A DNA stretch of 64,000 nucleotides from Amphiscolops sp. MND2022 (Eukaryota): assembly GCA_964187785.1 (NCBI GenBank), contig OZ076409.1:70434001-70498000 (forward strand), read 5' to 3'. This document shows positions 1-12,640 of the stretch, piece after piece (the first letter of the stretch is position 1; each line of letters opens with the position of its first letter). The position numbers and the translations under genes are program-made. The notes below the pieces were generated by a model. That model worked only from the letters and a program-made list of their open reading frames with translations. It was not told the DNA's origin and did no database searches.

Positions 1-77
1 AGAACTAGAAAAAACGGTTGAATGTGACAAGAACTGGAAACTGTTAAACATGGGTGAAGCGTAAAACAGTTGAATCT

Positions 78-840
78 TTAGTTGTCAGCGAGTAACCGAA
101 CGAAATTATGTGACATTTCATCTGGGAACAAAGCAGCTTCAAATTTCACGAAACAAATAAGCGTTATTGTTATGTGCTTTGTCACACTCCTCCTCAAAAT
201 TCGAACAATGGGGGGAAGTCCATCTCCCGAACTGCATCTAACATTGCGGTTACAGGCGTTTTCGGATTTCGTTCCCGATCTCTCGAAAGGCACTATCCGT
301 TCCAAGGTACTAAGCGAAGCCAACAACTGAAGCAAAACTTGCTCATTTATGCCTCAATGGGTCTTTGAATGTGTCTAACAACACCTTCATTTCTTGCGTT
401 ATCCGTCGATATATCGCTCCTGACAAATGTTTTAAGTTGTTGTCTGAACTGATTTCACAAGCTAATTACCCGTTTTCAGCAATTCTTCTAATCTCATTTT
501 GTCTAGAGTTTGAAATACTGTTCAAGTTGTGAATAATTAGGGATTAGAAATTAGAGCTTTATGGTTTTCTAGTAGAATCACCATATTCACTGTTTTCCCG
601 CTCATAATGATCTCTACCGATCATCACGTTGATATTTTCGAGGTCAGAAATCATATTTGCCTCTCTTGATCTTCTACCATTATTCTTCTGCTTTCTTGTG
701 GTAGGCATCAAAATCAACCGATTTGCAATTTTTAAACTAAATCGGAAGGTGATGATTGTAGATGGTTTGAACTCAACAAAAGTTTTACAATCGTGTGTGC
801 CTCAGGAAGTGTTTCCAGTATATATACTTCTTTTAGCATG
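78..840 (-). pseudogene. Degenerate non-LTR retrotransposon (LINE) ORF2 fragment, endonuclease end to pre-RT region
   Basis: Minus-strand translation gives GDGLPPIV...FPDE (cf. the GPDGIPP..LK...FP..W pre-RT motif) and NHHLPI near 740-760 (cf. SDHLPI at the end of APE endonucleases). It is broken by stops and frameshifts; boundaries are approximate. Confidence 0.5.
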
Positions 841-1096
841 ACCCTGCAAGTTCCTTTAGCAAGTTTTATTTACTATTTTACTGAAAAATGAACATACCAA
901 TAACATTACCGCTAAAAGTAACACCTGAATACAAATACCAGTTTGACTTCAATGCGTCGGTAGTTTTCAAAATATTTGAGAAATACATCTACTGCACTTA
1001 GGCACGTGTTTACACGTGTTCGTTACAGCGATGCATAAAATGGGGTTGCATAAATTTTATGTTAAACAGGTGAGCATCCAACTGGCCTAAGCCGGG

Positions 1097-1365
1097 TACC
1101 TTACCAATGGTCAGTAACGAATATTCAGCCGGAACAAAGTTATTGTTTTGAACAAACAATTAAAAGGCATCTTCTTTACCAACAACGATCCACTTCAGAA
1201 CCTGTGAAAGGTGTCGAAAGACTCATTAACTTACCTTACCAATGGTCAGTAACGAATATTCAGCCGGAACAAAGTTATTGTTTTGAACAAACAATTGAAA
1301 GGCATCTTCTTTACCAACAACGATCCACTTCAGAATCTATGAAAGGTGTCTAAAGACTCATTAAC
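1097..1365. repeat. Direct tandem duplication, 135-bp unit x2
   Basis: TACCTTACCAATGGTCAG...GACTCATTAAC starts at both 1097 and 1232, with only a few substitutions between copies. Confidence 0.95.
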
Positions 1366-2998
1366 CACAGAAGCAACATTATTATGTCACTAATGCTCAT
1401 TGGATGAAAGGCAGCAAATATAGCTGGAACCGGCTACTTGCCTAACATATTACTTATCCATTGCTCCTCGCTTCAATTAGCCTTAACCGGCATATTGAAG
1501 AAATACGAAATACAGTCATTTGGTACAAGGAACAGTGTAATATGACTGGTTGAATAATAGGCACAAGCTACGTTGCCGTGAATGTACTTTTAAGCAATCG
1601 AACTGGTTTCCCTACAACTGCATAGTTTGTTTCAATTCACTTCACAGCCTTTTTATTCTTTTTACAACAACGCCAAAAATTCATCGAAAATGTTAAAAGA
1701 CTAGTACACGTTTGAAACGGTGGAATTACATGATACCAAATCATATGTACAAAATCAACCCCTATTAAGCAAACCAAAAACCAATTTCAATAAATGGGTA
1801 ATAATCCAGGGATAGAGACTTGGTTCCCGGCGCAAGTCGGGTACTTCGTGCCATCACAGGTGGAAACCTGCGACAATTAAAAATTATAGTCGTTGAGCCG
1901 TATAATCTTAGAAGAAACCTCATGCGAAACTAGACACAGAAAAATTGATGTAACAACAAGCAGTAACCGTCGGTAAGTAGCTACAAATAGTTGGGGAACC
2001 TGCAGCAAGTGGGTATGTCGCACAAGGCTGGCGCCCATCAATACAGATTCATTTTGCCTCCTAGGAGTCGTGAGGAAGCCCCGTCCCGTAAGAAGCACTC
2101 CAACAGGTTCCAGACTTTAAGTGCTGTTAGTTACTTGCTTTTGCTATTTCAAGAAAAACTTCTTTAGAAACGTGCCAAGATGAAACAAGGTAAATTTCCT
2201 GTTATTCAGGGTGACAAACGGAATGGCGTCTAAAGTTGCAATAAGTTGCCAGAAACTACCATACAATAAGTCGTACATGCAATAACAATCATTAGACAAA
2301 ATTGTCGTTTAGCACGGACACTAGGTCTCCTTGGGCACAGATTGTTGATTGTTAATTTAGGCAAAAGAAACATTTTCATTTTGCAAGGATGTAAGCACTA
2401 CATTAAGTATCATTATGCTAAAATTATAAAACAGTCTCAAATCAATGATTCTAGCAACTGCAGAGAAGATTTTTTTCTGTCTTTTTCTACCCACTTTCTT
2501 GCTCGCTCTGTCGCTTGGTCTCTTTTGTTTTTGATGTACCTGCAAAGTTCGCAGAAACAGTTAAAAGAGCACTCACATGCCCAATGTCACGTCACAACCG
2601 GAATTCAAGTTTATCAAAAGTTTTTGACTTTCATCATCATCATCATGCTTCGCATCAGAAGGTGCCGTTACATGAGTTAGGACATTTTTGTTGAGGAAAC
2701 AAAGAACATCCAGCAAAACATCTCTTGACTAAAGTTTTCGGGTGGCAGAGGTTTTTCAAAAACTGGACCCACGCCCCGTAGGAAAACCAGTTTTTTGTTT
2801 CTTCAGTTCAGTTTTATGGAGCACAAAAAGATTTACATGCTGTTACTCACGAATATTTTGATGTAACGTCGTTTTGACAAAAACAATTAACAATTTTCGA
2901 ACTGGAAATTGATCAACATTGTCTTCCTAAAGCGAGTTTGTTTCTGACAATTATCACGGGTAACAGCTTTTTGATTGTCTTCTTTTAATATGAAATCA

Positions 2999-3612
2999 AA
3001 CAAGTCAGGAGGCTCAAAAATATCTTACGCTCAAAAATAGCAAAAGGACTTCAAAGTGTCAAAGTGTCAACCCCAAAAAGTTAGACTGAATCGGCGCGTT
3101 AAAAAGGGGGACCCTTTCGCATTTTTTGAAATCTATTGTGTTAATCAGGGGCAGAGGGTGGAAACTTTGGCTTCGAATGATTTTACTTCAAATCTAAATA
3201 TCCTAAAGACTGAAACCAAGTGGGCGCCCCGCTCAAGGCTCAAAAGTCTACCCGGGGGAAGTGGTTCTAGTATCACTTGTTGATTAAAGATTTTTCGAAA
3301 ACCGAAAAAAAGTCGTACGCTTTATCCGCCGAACTTATGTACGTGTTAGATGTTACGTATGTTCGAGAAATTTTGAAAAAAGTCCTAAAGTTCCGAAAAA
3401 ATCACAGTTAAAAAACACAGGTAGCCAGAGGCGGGACCCTTGATATGTTTGCGAGGTTCTAGTACGTTTTGTAAGTCCGTAGTTCACTTGTGTACAAGTT
3501 GAAAAAAATGAACAAAATTTGTAGAAATTTATAAGATCACTTCGTCACTTCGTCGGTCTTGAAAAAAGCCACTATTATAGTTTGCTCTTTCTAAGAAAGC
3601 GCCGACTAAAAA
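2999..3612 (-). mobile_element. Copy of the interspersed Helentron/HINE-like family (minus strand)
   Basis: Ends in GCGCCGACTAAAAA, the reverse complement of the family 5' end TTTTTAGTCGGCGC. Bases 3035-3065 match the reverse complement of 18721-18753. A further partial copy ends near 4133. Confidence 0.6.
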
Positions 3613-5098
3613 TCAAGCACCCATTTTCAGTGAATTGTACACGATACGCGACAGGATACACAATATTTTGCTTTTTTAATACACGAACCTACATGATACA
3701 TGATTTTTTTACACGAAATACACGAAATAACACGAAAATTAAATTGAGCGCGTGAATTTGAGACGCAGAAAATTAGCCAGTAGTGTTAAAAAAACGGTAC
3801 GTGTTGGACGTTATATGAGAAACTTTTTACATAGCAAGTTTTACAGCTTTGAAAAATTCTCCAGGAAACGTTATGTCCGGTATACGTTATATTCGACATT
3901 CGTTATATCCGGTTTGCGTTGTTAAATCCGGTATGAGTTGTGTCATTAAACCCGGTATGGGTTGCGTTATTGTCGAAGGGGACTCCTTTACAGCTCAAAT
4001 GTACTATGTATTTGACCAAAAGGGAATTTGCCAAAATTGAAGAGTTTTTGGTAGAACTATTCTGTCAGTTCGTTGGTCTTAAAAACAAAAAAGTCACTAC
4101 TATAGTCTGCTTTCTACTAAAGCGCCGACTAAGAAGTATTGGTGAGAGGAAAAACCTCCTTCGATCATTTTTGTAGCTGTTTTTTTACATTTCACTTGAG
4201 CAGCCGAAAACCAATGTAGTTCCGTGTAAAGGGAGGGCGTTTCCAGAAAAATTCTTGGGTTCAGAACTTGAAGATCTGAATCAAATTTGTCTCAGGCTTT
4301 TTTTCATACGAACAGATTTCAGAGATACTACGTGATCAATAGCGGAAAATGCTGCCAAAGTTGAAAATAGGCAATTAGAATTCTATAACTTTTTTTATAA
4401 CTTGAACTCACAACAAAAAATACCCCTGTAGTTCTGATCGAAATTGGAAAAAGTTTTGCTCCATTTTTGTGTCAATTGATTATGTGAAAAAATTTTCCGA
4501 TTTATTTTGTTTTTCGCAAGCGAAATCGAGTGTCTTTAGCTTTTTTTGTACCGTAGTATACTTTGAAAATGAGTTTTAAAACAATACGTTCTGTCTAAAA
4601 ATTTCGATAGAAGAGGTTTGGTAGCCTTAAAAGAGTGACAAATACGTACAAAACGTAATGTAGAAAAACTTGATCTGCTTTCAAATAGCAAATTACCAAA
4701 GGAATCATTTTCGTTTTTACGTCAACAAACGTATTTCAACAGCACTGTTTCCTCTGGAATCGTGGAAAGGAGTCTAAACCTTTTCAATGCATAATATTAG
4801 TTCCTTCCAAGCGTTGTCTTCAGGAAGTATTGGCTAGTTCTCAATAAAAAACTTTCAACAATGGCTTTAAAGTCCAAACCTTCATTGCATCCAAAATTTC
4901 GAACATAATGCTAAAATAGTCACAACGGCGTCCTTCACCGAAGTTTTTTTCAAAAAAATAACTTTCTGAGTTTTCAATTATCGATATTGAATCCATTCGT
5001 AAAGCTAGAATGATTAAATACCATGCATAATAGCATTTTTTGGAACCAAGTAATCTATACCTGTGACAGTTAAACTGATAGCTTCTTCGCCGTTTTTC

Positions 5099-5761
5099 TC
5101 AAGCTTCAGAGCTGGAAGTCAGGCTGAGAACAGCTCGTTTCGCCTCGCTTCTGAATTCTGGCCAAAAGATGAAGTATACAATCGGGTTTATCACAAAAGT
5201 GAACATAGCAGTTTCATAAGCTAACGCCATCAAATATGCCTGTTTGCATTTAGATGACTCTGGAACTATTAAAAAGTAATACATTTCGGCTGAAGTATAA
5301 AAAAAGTATATTAAAAAGTTTACAAAAAATGCCACACTTAATGCTATTTCTGCATCCAGCTCATCCTTGTCGGGATCCCGTCTGATTGACTGCACGAGAG
5401 TCTCCTCTTCTTTCTCATTGGACAGCCGAACACTTGTTCCAGTTTCTTCAATATGATTGGTGAACCGAATTCCCGAGTTGGTTGGTTCGTAATGACGTTT
5501 AGATGTACACGATTCCACGAAGGTTGTTATTTGGAGGACCAAAGCAGTTAGCCCAACTAAGACAGTTGCAGCAAGGCTGACAAGTTGAACTACGCATTGA
5601 CTGCCTATTACACTTACAGCAACAGGACCACTGATGATAGACAAAACTGCTTCAACTGCGCGGATGCTGCCCTTGAAAAACTGAAAAAATTTAGCAAGGT
5701 AAAATCCGTTGGTTTTCCAATCAGGCTCGTCATACTCTAACCATAGCATGACATCTTTCAA
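5099..5761 (-). CDS. C-terminal part of a rhodopsin-like (class A) GPCR, partial
   Basis: Hydrophobic TM-like segments, then TM7 INPIVY (NPxxY) and a helix-8-like EFRSEAKR. The 5' part is not visible: there is an in-frame stop at 5792-5794 and an assembly gap at 5815. Confidence 0.6.
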   Translation of the reverse strand: MKDVMLWLEYDEPDWKTNGFYLAKFFQFFKGSIRAVEAVLSIISGPVAVSVIGSQCVVQLVSLAATVLVGLTALVLQITTFVESCTSKRHYEPTNSGIRFTNHIEETGTSVRLSNEKEEETLVQSIRRDPDKDELDAEIALSVAFFVNFLIYFFYTSAEMYYFLIVPESSKCKQAYLMALAYETAMFTFVINPIVYFIFWPEFRSEAKRAVLSLTSSSEA

Positions 5762-5814
5762 AATGCACTTTTCAAGTCTCTTGATATGATCTTACTATGA
5801 TCAAGCTGGTATCA

Positions 5815-6014
5815 NNNNNNNNNNNNNNNNNNNNNNNNNNNNNNNNNNNNNNNNNNNNNNNNNNNNNNNNNNNNNNNNNNNNNNNNNNNNNNNNNNNNNN
5901 NNNNNNNNNNNNNNNNNNNNNNNNNNNNNNNNNNNNNNNNNNNNNNNNNNNNNNNNNNNNNNNNNNNNNNNNNNNNNNNNNNNNNNNNNNNNNNNNNNNN
6001 NNNNNNNNNNNNNN
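5815..6014. other. Assembly gap (200 N)
   Basis: Run of exactly 200 N. Confidence 1.
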
Positions 6015-6090
6015 ATCCTATTTTAAAAAATTTTGTCTTCGTATGGTGCCCAGGGATCTACTGGAAGCTGCCGATGTCATGTTGCTGGGA

Positions 6091-6770
6091 TTAGTCTTTA
6101 ACGAAACATTTTAACTGAAACAGCTCCCTGCCGAAAGCCTGATTTGCCCTACCTGGGCTCAGGAGAGTCTGGTAAAGGCTCACAATGGAAGGCATTGTAT
6201 TGCCCTCTACCTCCTCGAATTGTTGGCACCATGAGTGCAGGTCATCTTGCACTACTTTTCGGTCCGTGTTTTTAACGGTTCCAGCAAACACCACATAGAA
6301 TTCATATTGTACATCATTTTCTCTCTTTTCATCGTACTGTTGTTGCACTCACTGCTGCTTCAGCAATTGCCTCCGTTGTCTTATGACAGACATGCGCCAC
6401 CGGATCACTGGGTGCCATTCCAGGTTGTTCTTTACAGTACTCTTTGAACTCGATACTCGGAGTATTTCCATTGCAGCTACCCGCAGCGCCTTGCATTTCT
6501 TTTTAGATACGCTGCCATTTTTTCCTGGAATAAGTATTTCTTGCTTAGCATTTTGTAGCATATTCTCCACCTACTTCAGCTGAGTACGATCTCTGTGTCG
6601 CCGTCGCGTTTTGACTAACCCTCCCCAATGACAAGTGTAGCCAAATCACTCGCAGAGTTCTAATCTTTTCGAGTACGGCATACACCTGTACAATTGTTTA
6701 ACCTTTTTGGTTTGCTCGTTGAAGCACACTTGGCAATTCGGCAGATAACTGAAAACAACGATTAGTTTCA
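6091..6770 (-). pseudogene. Interrupted reading frame of unknown, possibly transposon-derived, origin
   Basis: ORFs 6349-6570 and 6091-6348 are in one frame separated by a single TGA. An upstream Cys-containing segment (LPNCQVC) is also present. I do not recognise the family. Confidence 0.25.
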
Positions 6771-7735
6771 TGTTTTTTCCTTGTTTTATTCATTTTACTA
6801 TCATAAAATCACCGTGGTTATACGCACTCTCCTACTAGCGAAGCCAGCTCCCCTAACGCTGCATGATAAGCACTGCCCGAGTTGCTCAACGAAGTAATCA
6901 TAGCCGTCTGGTCCCTTCGATGCCGTCTGTTATCAGCGACGTGCACATTTAGCTGGACAGGCGTTTTTTATCAGGCGTACGAACAGGTCGCATTTCATGG
7001 TTTCTCTGCCCTTTTACAGGTTTCCATCAGGCTGTCCTTCCGAAATTTGCACGCTTCTCATTGGTCTTGAAGACTTTGATCAATTGTTCCTTCAGTCGAA
7101 TACTTCAACTGCCTCACGGAAACAGGGATACATTATAATCTAAAAGGAAACAACAACTAAATATGTGAACTTTATTTTTGCTTTTGGTTTTCACCTACTC
7201 TGATTCTCTCAAAAACAAAAACCTTATGTCAGGCCCAATCTCCAATTAAAATTTAGAAAATATGTACAGACTGTTTTGAACAAACGATGGGTTGTTTCCG
7301 AACGATTTATTGGAAATGACTGATTGGTCTCTTAATGAAATTCACTGCTTGAAAGGTTTCTATTACTAATTCCTGATGATACTTTGTTTTCGATCAATAA
7401 ATAGCTGCTTCTAACTCCCGGTAACCTTTTGTAAGACTTGACTACCTCTTGTCGAAGGGATCAAGCTGAAAAATACGTGGAGGGGAGTTACAAAAATTCC
7501 GTGTTGTTGGTTTTCCGGTGATGGTCACTAGAACCTCTACGCACTCGACATTGACGACGATTGCGATGTTCCCGAGCGCCAGTGCGGAACTCGAAAAGTG
7601 GTAGAAGCAGCCGAACGAAGAAGTACCTTTGAATTTCCTTTGTTTGATTTTTATTTCTGTGAACTTACCTTTCACCGTTTTCCTCAAGCTTTAAGCTATT
7701 GTTCTAAGTTTAATTTTTTCTTTTCTAAAGGATCC

Positions 7736-7915
7736 GCTTTTGCAGTTGTATTAGTTTCTAGTATTGTGTAGTATTGCGTTTTGCAACTAATGTATAACAT
7801 AGTTTCTACTTTGTCAAAAAAAGTCAGTGACTTTTTTGACAAACTAGAAACTGTTATACATTAGTTGCAAAACGCAATACTACACAATACTAGAAACTAA
7901 TACAACTGCAAAAGC
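7736..7915. repeat. 180-bp near-perfect palindrome (foldback) with essentially no spacer
   Basis: GCTTTTGCAGTTGTATTAG...AAAGTCA-G-TGACTTT...CTAATACAACTGCAAAAGC. Arms of about 90 bp differ by a few small indels or mismatches; the centre is near 7827. Confidence 0.95.
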
Positions 7916-8047
7916 CCACTTCGCCCTAACTCGAATTAGTGTTTATAGAACGTTTTTGATGTCTAGCAAAGCTTCCTGGCCCAGTGATGAAGTGCTCTGA
8001 CTTTCATCAACGAGATCCCCTGTTCGAATCGGGACTTTGTAAACGTG

Positions 8048-8981
8048 TTTATTTTTATTATTATTAATAGGGCTTCGTGGATATGCCACTGGGGAATTAT
8101 ACCCCGCCATTACAATCTATGATTGGCACGACAGTCCACACATAAGCAAATAAATATCCAAGTACAGTGATTGTTTTCAGTATAATGTCTTAAAATACAT
8201 CCACATATATTCAAGTAGTTTCTTCTTGAGATTCTCCGAGTTGAAGAAATCGAGAGATCTTTGCACGACGTTTATTCTGAATCCAGTTCTGTACCAAAAA
8301 TTCTGCATCTGTATTTCATATCTAGTGTCTGGAAGCACAACACGTCTCCTTCTACCGCTGTTTGTGATTTTGAATTCTTTCGAAAAATCCACATTGTATC
8401 TTCCTTCCAGTATGTTACTGAAACGTAAAAGGTCTTTGAGCACTTTAAAGTAGAGTGGTGGTAATAAGTTTGATTGGACCAAAGCATCCTTTTAATCCAA
8501 GTTCTCGCAAATGCACTTCAAAACTTTTTTGTTGAATGTTTCAATGATTTTGAAACTAGTTTTTCTTAGTTCCCAGCATTCGGATGCAAAAAGTAACGTC
8601 GCTGTTATTATTGTTCGGTAGAGAAGGGCTTTACTTTGGGTACAAATGATCGGGGACGTACTTCTTCTTAGCAGAAAGAAAGATTTTGCTGCTTTCCCAA
8701 CTCTAACTTTGACGTGCTCGGTCCAGTTTAGTGATTCGTCTATCATCAGGCCGACGTCACGAACAAGGTTTTTGTGGTTTAAACTTCGACCCTCCATAAT
8801 GGAACAAACTCCTTCCAGAGTGTTCTTATTTCTGCCGAACTGAAATTCGCTGATTGAACACTTTTTCAAATTGAATAGATGATTTTCACACTCCAGTTGT
8901 GAAGGGCTTGTAAGTCGATTTGTAGTTTCTCTAAGGATTCTTGTTCAGCTCTTCCATTGAAAATCAGTTTCAAATCGTCTG
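8048..8981 (-). mobile_element. 5'-truncated LINE (CR1/L2-like) with RT C-terminal region and AAT-rich tail
   Basis: Reads DDLKL..LQIDLQALHNW, FNLKKC, VRDVGLMIDESLNWTEHV, LLYRTII...ASECW. An (AAT)n/A-rich 3' tail lies at 8048-8068. Stops and frameshifts are present. Confidence 0.85.
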
Positions 8982-9553
8982 TTTAGTATAACCTCCTATA
9001 ACATCGAACCCTTATTTTTCTGGAATGTTTTGCATTTTTGAATGTTTTGCGTGACTCTTGATAAACACTGGGAAACAGTGAAATTTTGTCAAAACATTCC
9101 ATTTAACGGTCGAATTTCGAAAAGAAAATTGTCATTTCCGAGGGTGGGATGTTTTGTTCGGTTTGGTTCATTTTCTGAACCAAAGTCTCTATTTTTTTTC
9201 AAAAAGCGTACTGGGTCTCTAACTGTTTCGTCGTTGAACTCGGTTGATATTCTTACCCACGAAAGCCTACAAAAAAGTGTTCTAAACATGCATAGATATG
9301 GTCAAAAATAGGAAAGTTGGAACCTGGCAATTTTTGCAAAAGAACGCGGTTTACTGATTTTAGTTGCCCTTATGTAAATCTTTGTCGAAATATATACTCA
9401 CTGCACATTAGAATTTTAAATGAATTTGGATATTAAATTAGAAATTAGGAACCAGTCTGGAAAGTGTTTTTACACCGAAAGGGTTTACACAAACGCTTTT
9501 CTTTGTAGAATTTGGTATTCTACAAAGTATCCCGTTCTTCTTTCCCTTTTCAG

Positions 9554-9885
9554 GCATTAGTCTTCGGTTGATATGTGGTGCCGATCTCTTGGAATCGTTC
9601 AACATTCCCAACTTATGGAGCGACGAACATATTCGGAATATCTGTTGTAGACATGGGATCGTGTGCATGGAACGGAAAGGCTACGACGCTGAGAACTTTG
9701 CTAGGACACATCCGATTGTCTCGGAAGAACCGCAGAACGTCTTTATCTTCCAACCGGACGTAGAAAACAACATCAGCTCTACTTTGATCAGAGACTTAGC
9801 TTCTAATGGGCGGTCCCTCAAGTACCTTATTCCTGACGATGTCATTTCCTACATAAAACAGCATAAGTTATACCTAAATATTTGA
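9554..9885 (+). CDS. NMNAT: Terminal coding exon of nicotinamide/nicotinate mononucleotide adenylyltransferase
   Basis: A polypyrimidine tract and CAG acceptor end at 9553. Translation LICGADLLESFNIPNLW...NNISSTLIR...SLKYLIPDDVISYIKQHKLY contains the hallmark CGADLLESF and ISST motifs. Stop TGA at 9883-9885. Upstream exons were not found. Confidence 0.9.
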
Positions 9886-10429
9886 AAACTTTCTCTTATG
9901 TTCCATGTTTCGAATTAGACTTTTTCAAAATGAATATTTATTGCTCTAAAGATATTTTATCATTGGAAATTCATGATTTTTCTATCCATTGTTTTGTCAC
10001 ACTTTTTGAAGGCTAATCTGATGGAGAAGTTTCAGAAATTTATCATTTTTCGTCTCTCTGTGGAAACTTCAATTACATAATCTCACCTTTTTGTGAGATG
10101 CAGCAGCGTTTGTCAATTATTATGTCTTTTCTCGTAAAATCGTTAAATGAAATCAAACCAAGAGATGTTTCTGAAAAATTTTCAAGATACATGATTGCCG
10201 GGAGTTTTTCTGGGACACTTGAAATGAATTTTTTACAACTTCGCATCAAGTCAACACGTGAAACATAACCTTTCTACTAGAGCCTGGACCAGTTAAGATT
10301 TCTGCTCAACCGATTAATCGCCAGCCAATTTGATCTCTAGGATTTTCTGACGTCAGAAAAGCAGCAATACGTTCGAGTCTCGAACTAAGCCAAAATTTTT
10401 ATTGCTTGAAATAGTAGAGACGAAATTTC

Positions 10430-10730
10430 TGTCCCCCTTTGGTTTTTTCTGCACTATGCGGCGTTTTCCCCGAAGTTTTTCAATGGAAGTGCCCCTTCTA
10501 GGCACTGTGAGACTTTTTCTGAAGAGAAAAAGCTCACGAAAATATGGTAAAATTTACAATTTTTGATGTTTGCACTTGAGAAGAAGCCCTTTTTAATCTC
10601 ATGGTGTCCCTTTGGGTATTTTACAGCACTTAAATTTGATAGTATTCTCATTATAGTGTCTGTATATTTCAAAAATTTGCTTTTCGTGAACCTTGAGCGG
10701 GCGCCAACTTGGGTCGTTCCCGGCTTGTTG
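10430..10730 (+). mobile_element. 3' part of a Helentron/HINE-like family copy
   Basis: Ends GGCGCCAACTTGGGTCGTTCCCGGCTTGTT, like the copies at 15183-15211 and 18767-18796. Confidence 0.6.
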
Positions 10731-11837
10731 AAATTGAGCCTAATGACTGACTATAAGTTTTGAGACATCGTTTTAAAACAGTATTGATAACTAGTATTCG
10801 TAATTACTTGGTTAAATTAATTTGATTCTTCACCGATATGGTGAAGGGTGCCCACTGATCTGTGGAGTTCAAGTCAAACTTTCCCAGCTCATCGGTTAAC
10901 TGAATAAGTTTTCAATTGGTTAACAATTTTCTAACCGTTAACTCTGATCCAGCCTCTATCCTATACTGATCATAACCAGGCCCGAGAATTTCTGGCGTGA
11001 AAAATCTCAATATTGCGCTATCTATTGCGTCGAAATTTAAATGTAAGTTGCGTCAAAATTGGGCCGAATTAAAAGAAAATATAAATCCAAACATGCCTTC
11101 ATTGTTTCCAGAAGTTTTTAAAAGTATAATTCAATGCATTTTTATAGTTTCATCAAAAGTCAGAGTTTTTGTGGGCCTTGAATTTGACTATCTCCTGAAA
11201 TCATAGTTTTCAATTCTACACTAACCAATGGTTCAAACTTGAATATTAATGCGTTTCCGGGTGTCTCATTGTTGAGAGTAAACGTACGTCATGCACTTAC
11301 ATCAGCAATGCCAAAATATCTTGTTAATCCGGATTTTAGTGTTCTAAATTAGTCTTCGTATATCTATAATTGCGTCGTCAACATCACGAATAGTTTCCGA
11401 TGTATCTACAAGAAGCATGAGTTTTTAGTCGGCGCATTTTAGAAGTCCTTACAGTGGCAAAGGCCTATAGCAATGTTAATTTTATTGTCAGATGACAATC
11501 TCAGACTGAATGGTCCACTTTTTGTACAATCCCCGCCAGATACTCCGGCGACATTAGCCCAGCACGCTATATCCGGATTTTATGACGTTATATCCGAAGT
11601 GAAATGCGTTTCAACAGGAGGATGTGGAGTTTCGAAAATATTGCGCTATATCCGAATTTTGACGTTATATCCGAAATAAATTACGTTTTACTAGGGAGGA
11701 GGCGGAGGGTCGAATGTTTAATTTCCTTCCGAAGTCGAAAAAGATCGGCAAACTGACACATTTCTACAAGCGTTTCTATATGTTAACTTAGTACCATCTA
11801 ACTGCCATTTGGCCTCGGGATTAACTCAGAATCCCAT

Positions 11838-11895
11838 GCGTGGTGACGCGGTCTGAAGCACGAATAATTGGGTTCGAGTCTCGCACTAAACCATT
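11838..11895 (+). repeat. tRNA-like (A/B box) head, possible SINE remnant
   Basis: TGGTGACGCGG (A-box-like) and GGTTCGAGTC (B-box). A related GTTCGAGTCTCG-ACTAA occurs at about 10371. No full cloverleaf. Confidence 0.3.
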
Positions 11896-12640
11896 TTTTT
11901 TCTGTTTGCAAAAGTAAAGGGGAAACCAAAGGCCCCATTTGGGCTTTTTGTCGGCACTATGCGACTTACCGAAAAAAAATTGGAACCAAACTTGAAAAAT
12001 TTACGAAATACTTTTCCCTCTAATTTCTGGTTTTTCGATGTTTTCTGTTGAGAGAAACAGTTTTCTAAGTCTTAAAGATGACCTCTGGTTATTTTTTGAT
12101 GACTTTGTTTTTCGACAAGGAAGTGATTTATCCTGATTTGGACAAGTATCGTAAAACGTCAGCTGACAAGGGTGTAATCAGTGGGTTTGGCTTTTGTTTA
12201 ATTTACCATAGCTAATTTGAAGGGATAATGTACCCGCACCCATTACTGTGAATGTTGAATTTCTATCATCTCTTAATCACTGCTTCGTCGTGCATTTCTT
12301 AAAGAATCTTAGCAGGTCCTCCGATTAATACTTGAATGCAGAGTTTCACGCAGTATTCCAATTTCGAAGAACTTCAACGCGTCTCTCGTTGTTTGTTGAT
12401 GTACTTTTGTGTCAGTTGATGTTTGTATGTTGAAGTTCAAACTTGTCAAGTTTGTGTTTAAACATTCATTTGAAGTTGGAAATGTGTATTCAATCATTTG
12501 CATTAAAGCTCCCATTTTGATAACACGGGCTGTTTCACCGATCTAAGATCTCACCTCTTATTACGAGTAATTCTGATTTGAGTTGTTCAACGAGTGTTGG
12601 TGCATCACAATTCAATCGCTGTATTGACTTAAATTCCTTT

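Noticed and set aside
3865..3972. CGTTATATCCG-type short repeats, also at about 11566-11675
   Set aside because: Probably the interior of a small MITE, but I could not define TIRs or a TSD.
7442..7640. Possible BEL/Pao pol C-terminal remnant on the + strand (LVEGIKLKIRGGELQK)
   Set aside because: The resemblance is too short and weak, with no LTR or other domain nearby.
12578..12640. N-terminal extension of SELENBP1 shown in the ORF track
   Set aside because: It starts at TTG. The ATG at 12641 matches the family N-terminus and length.
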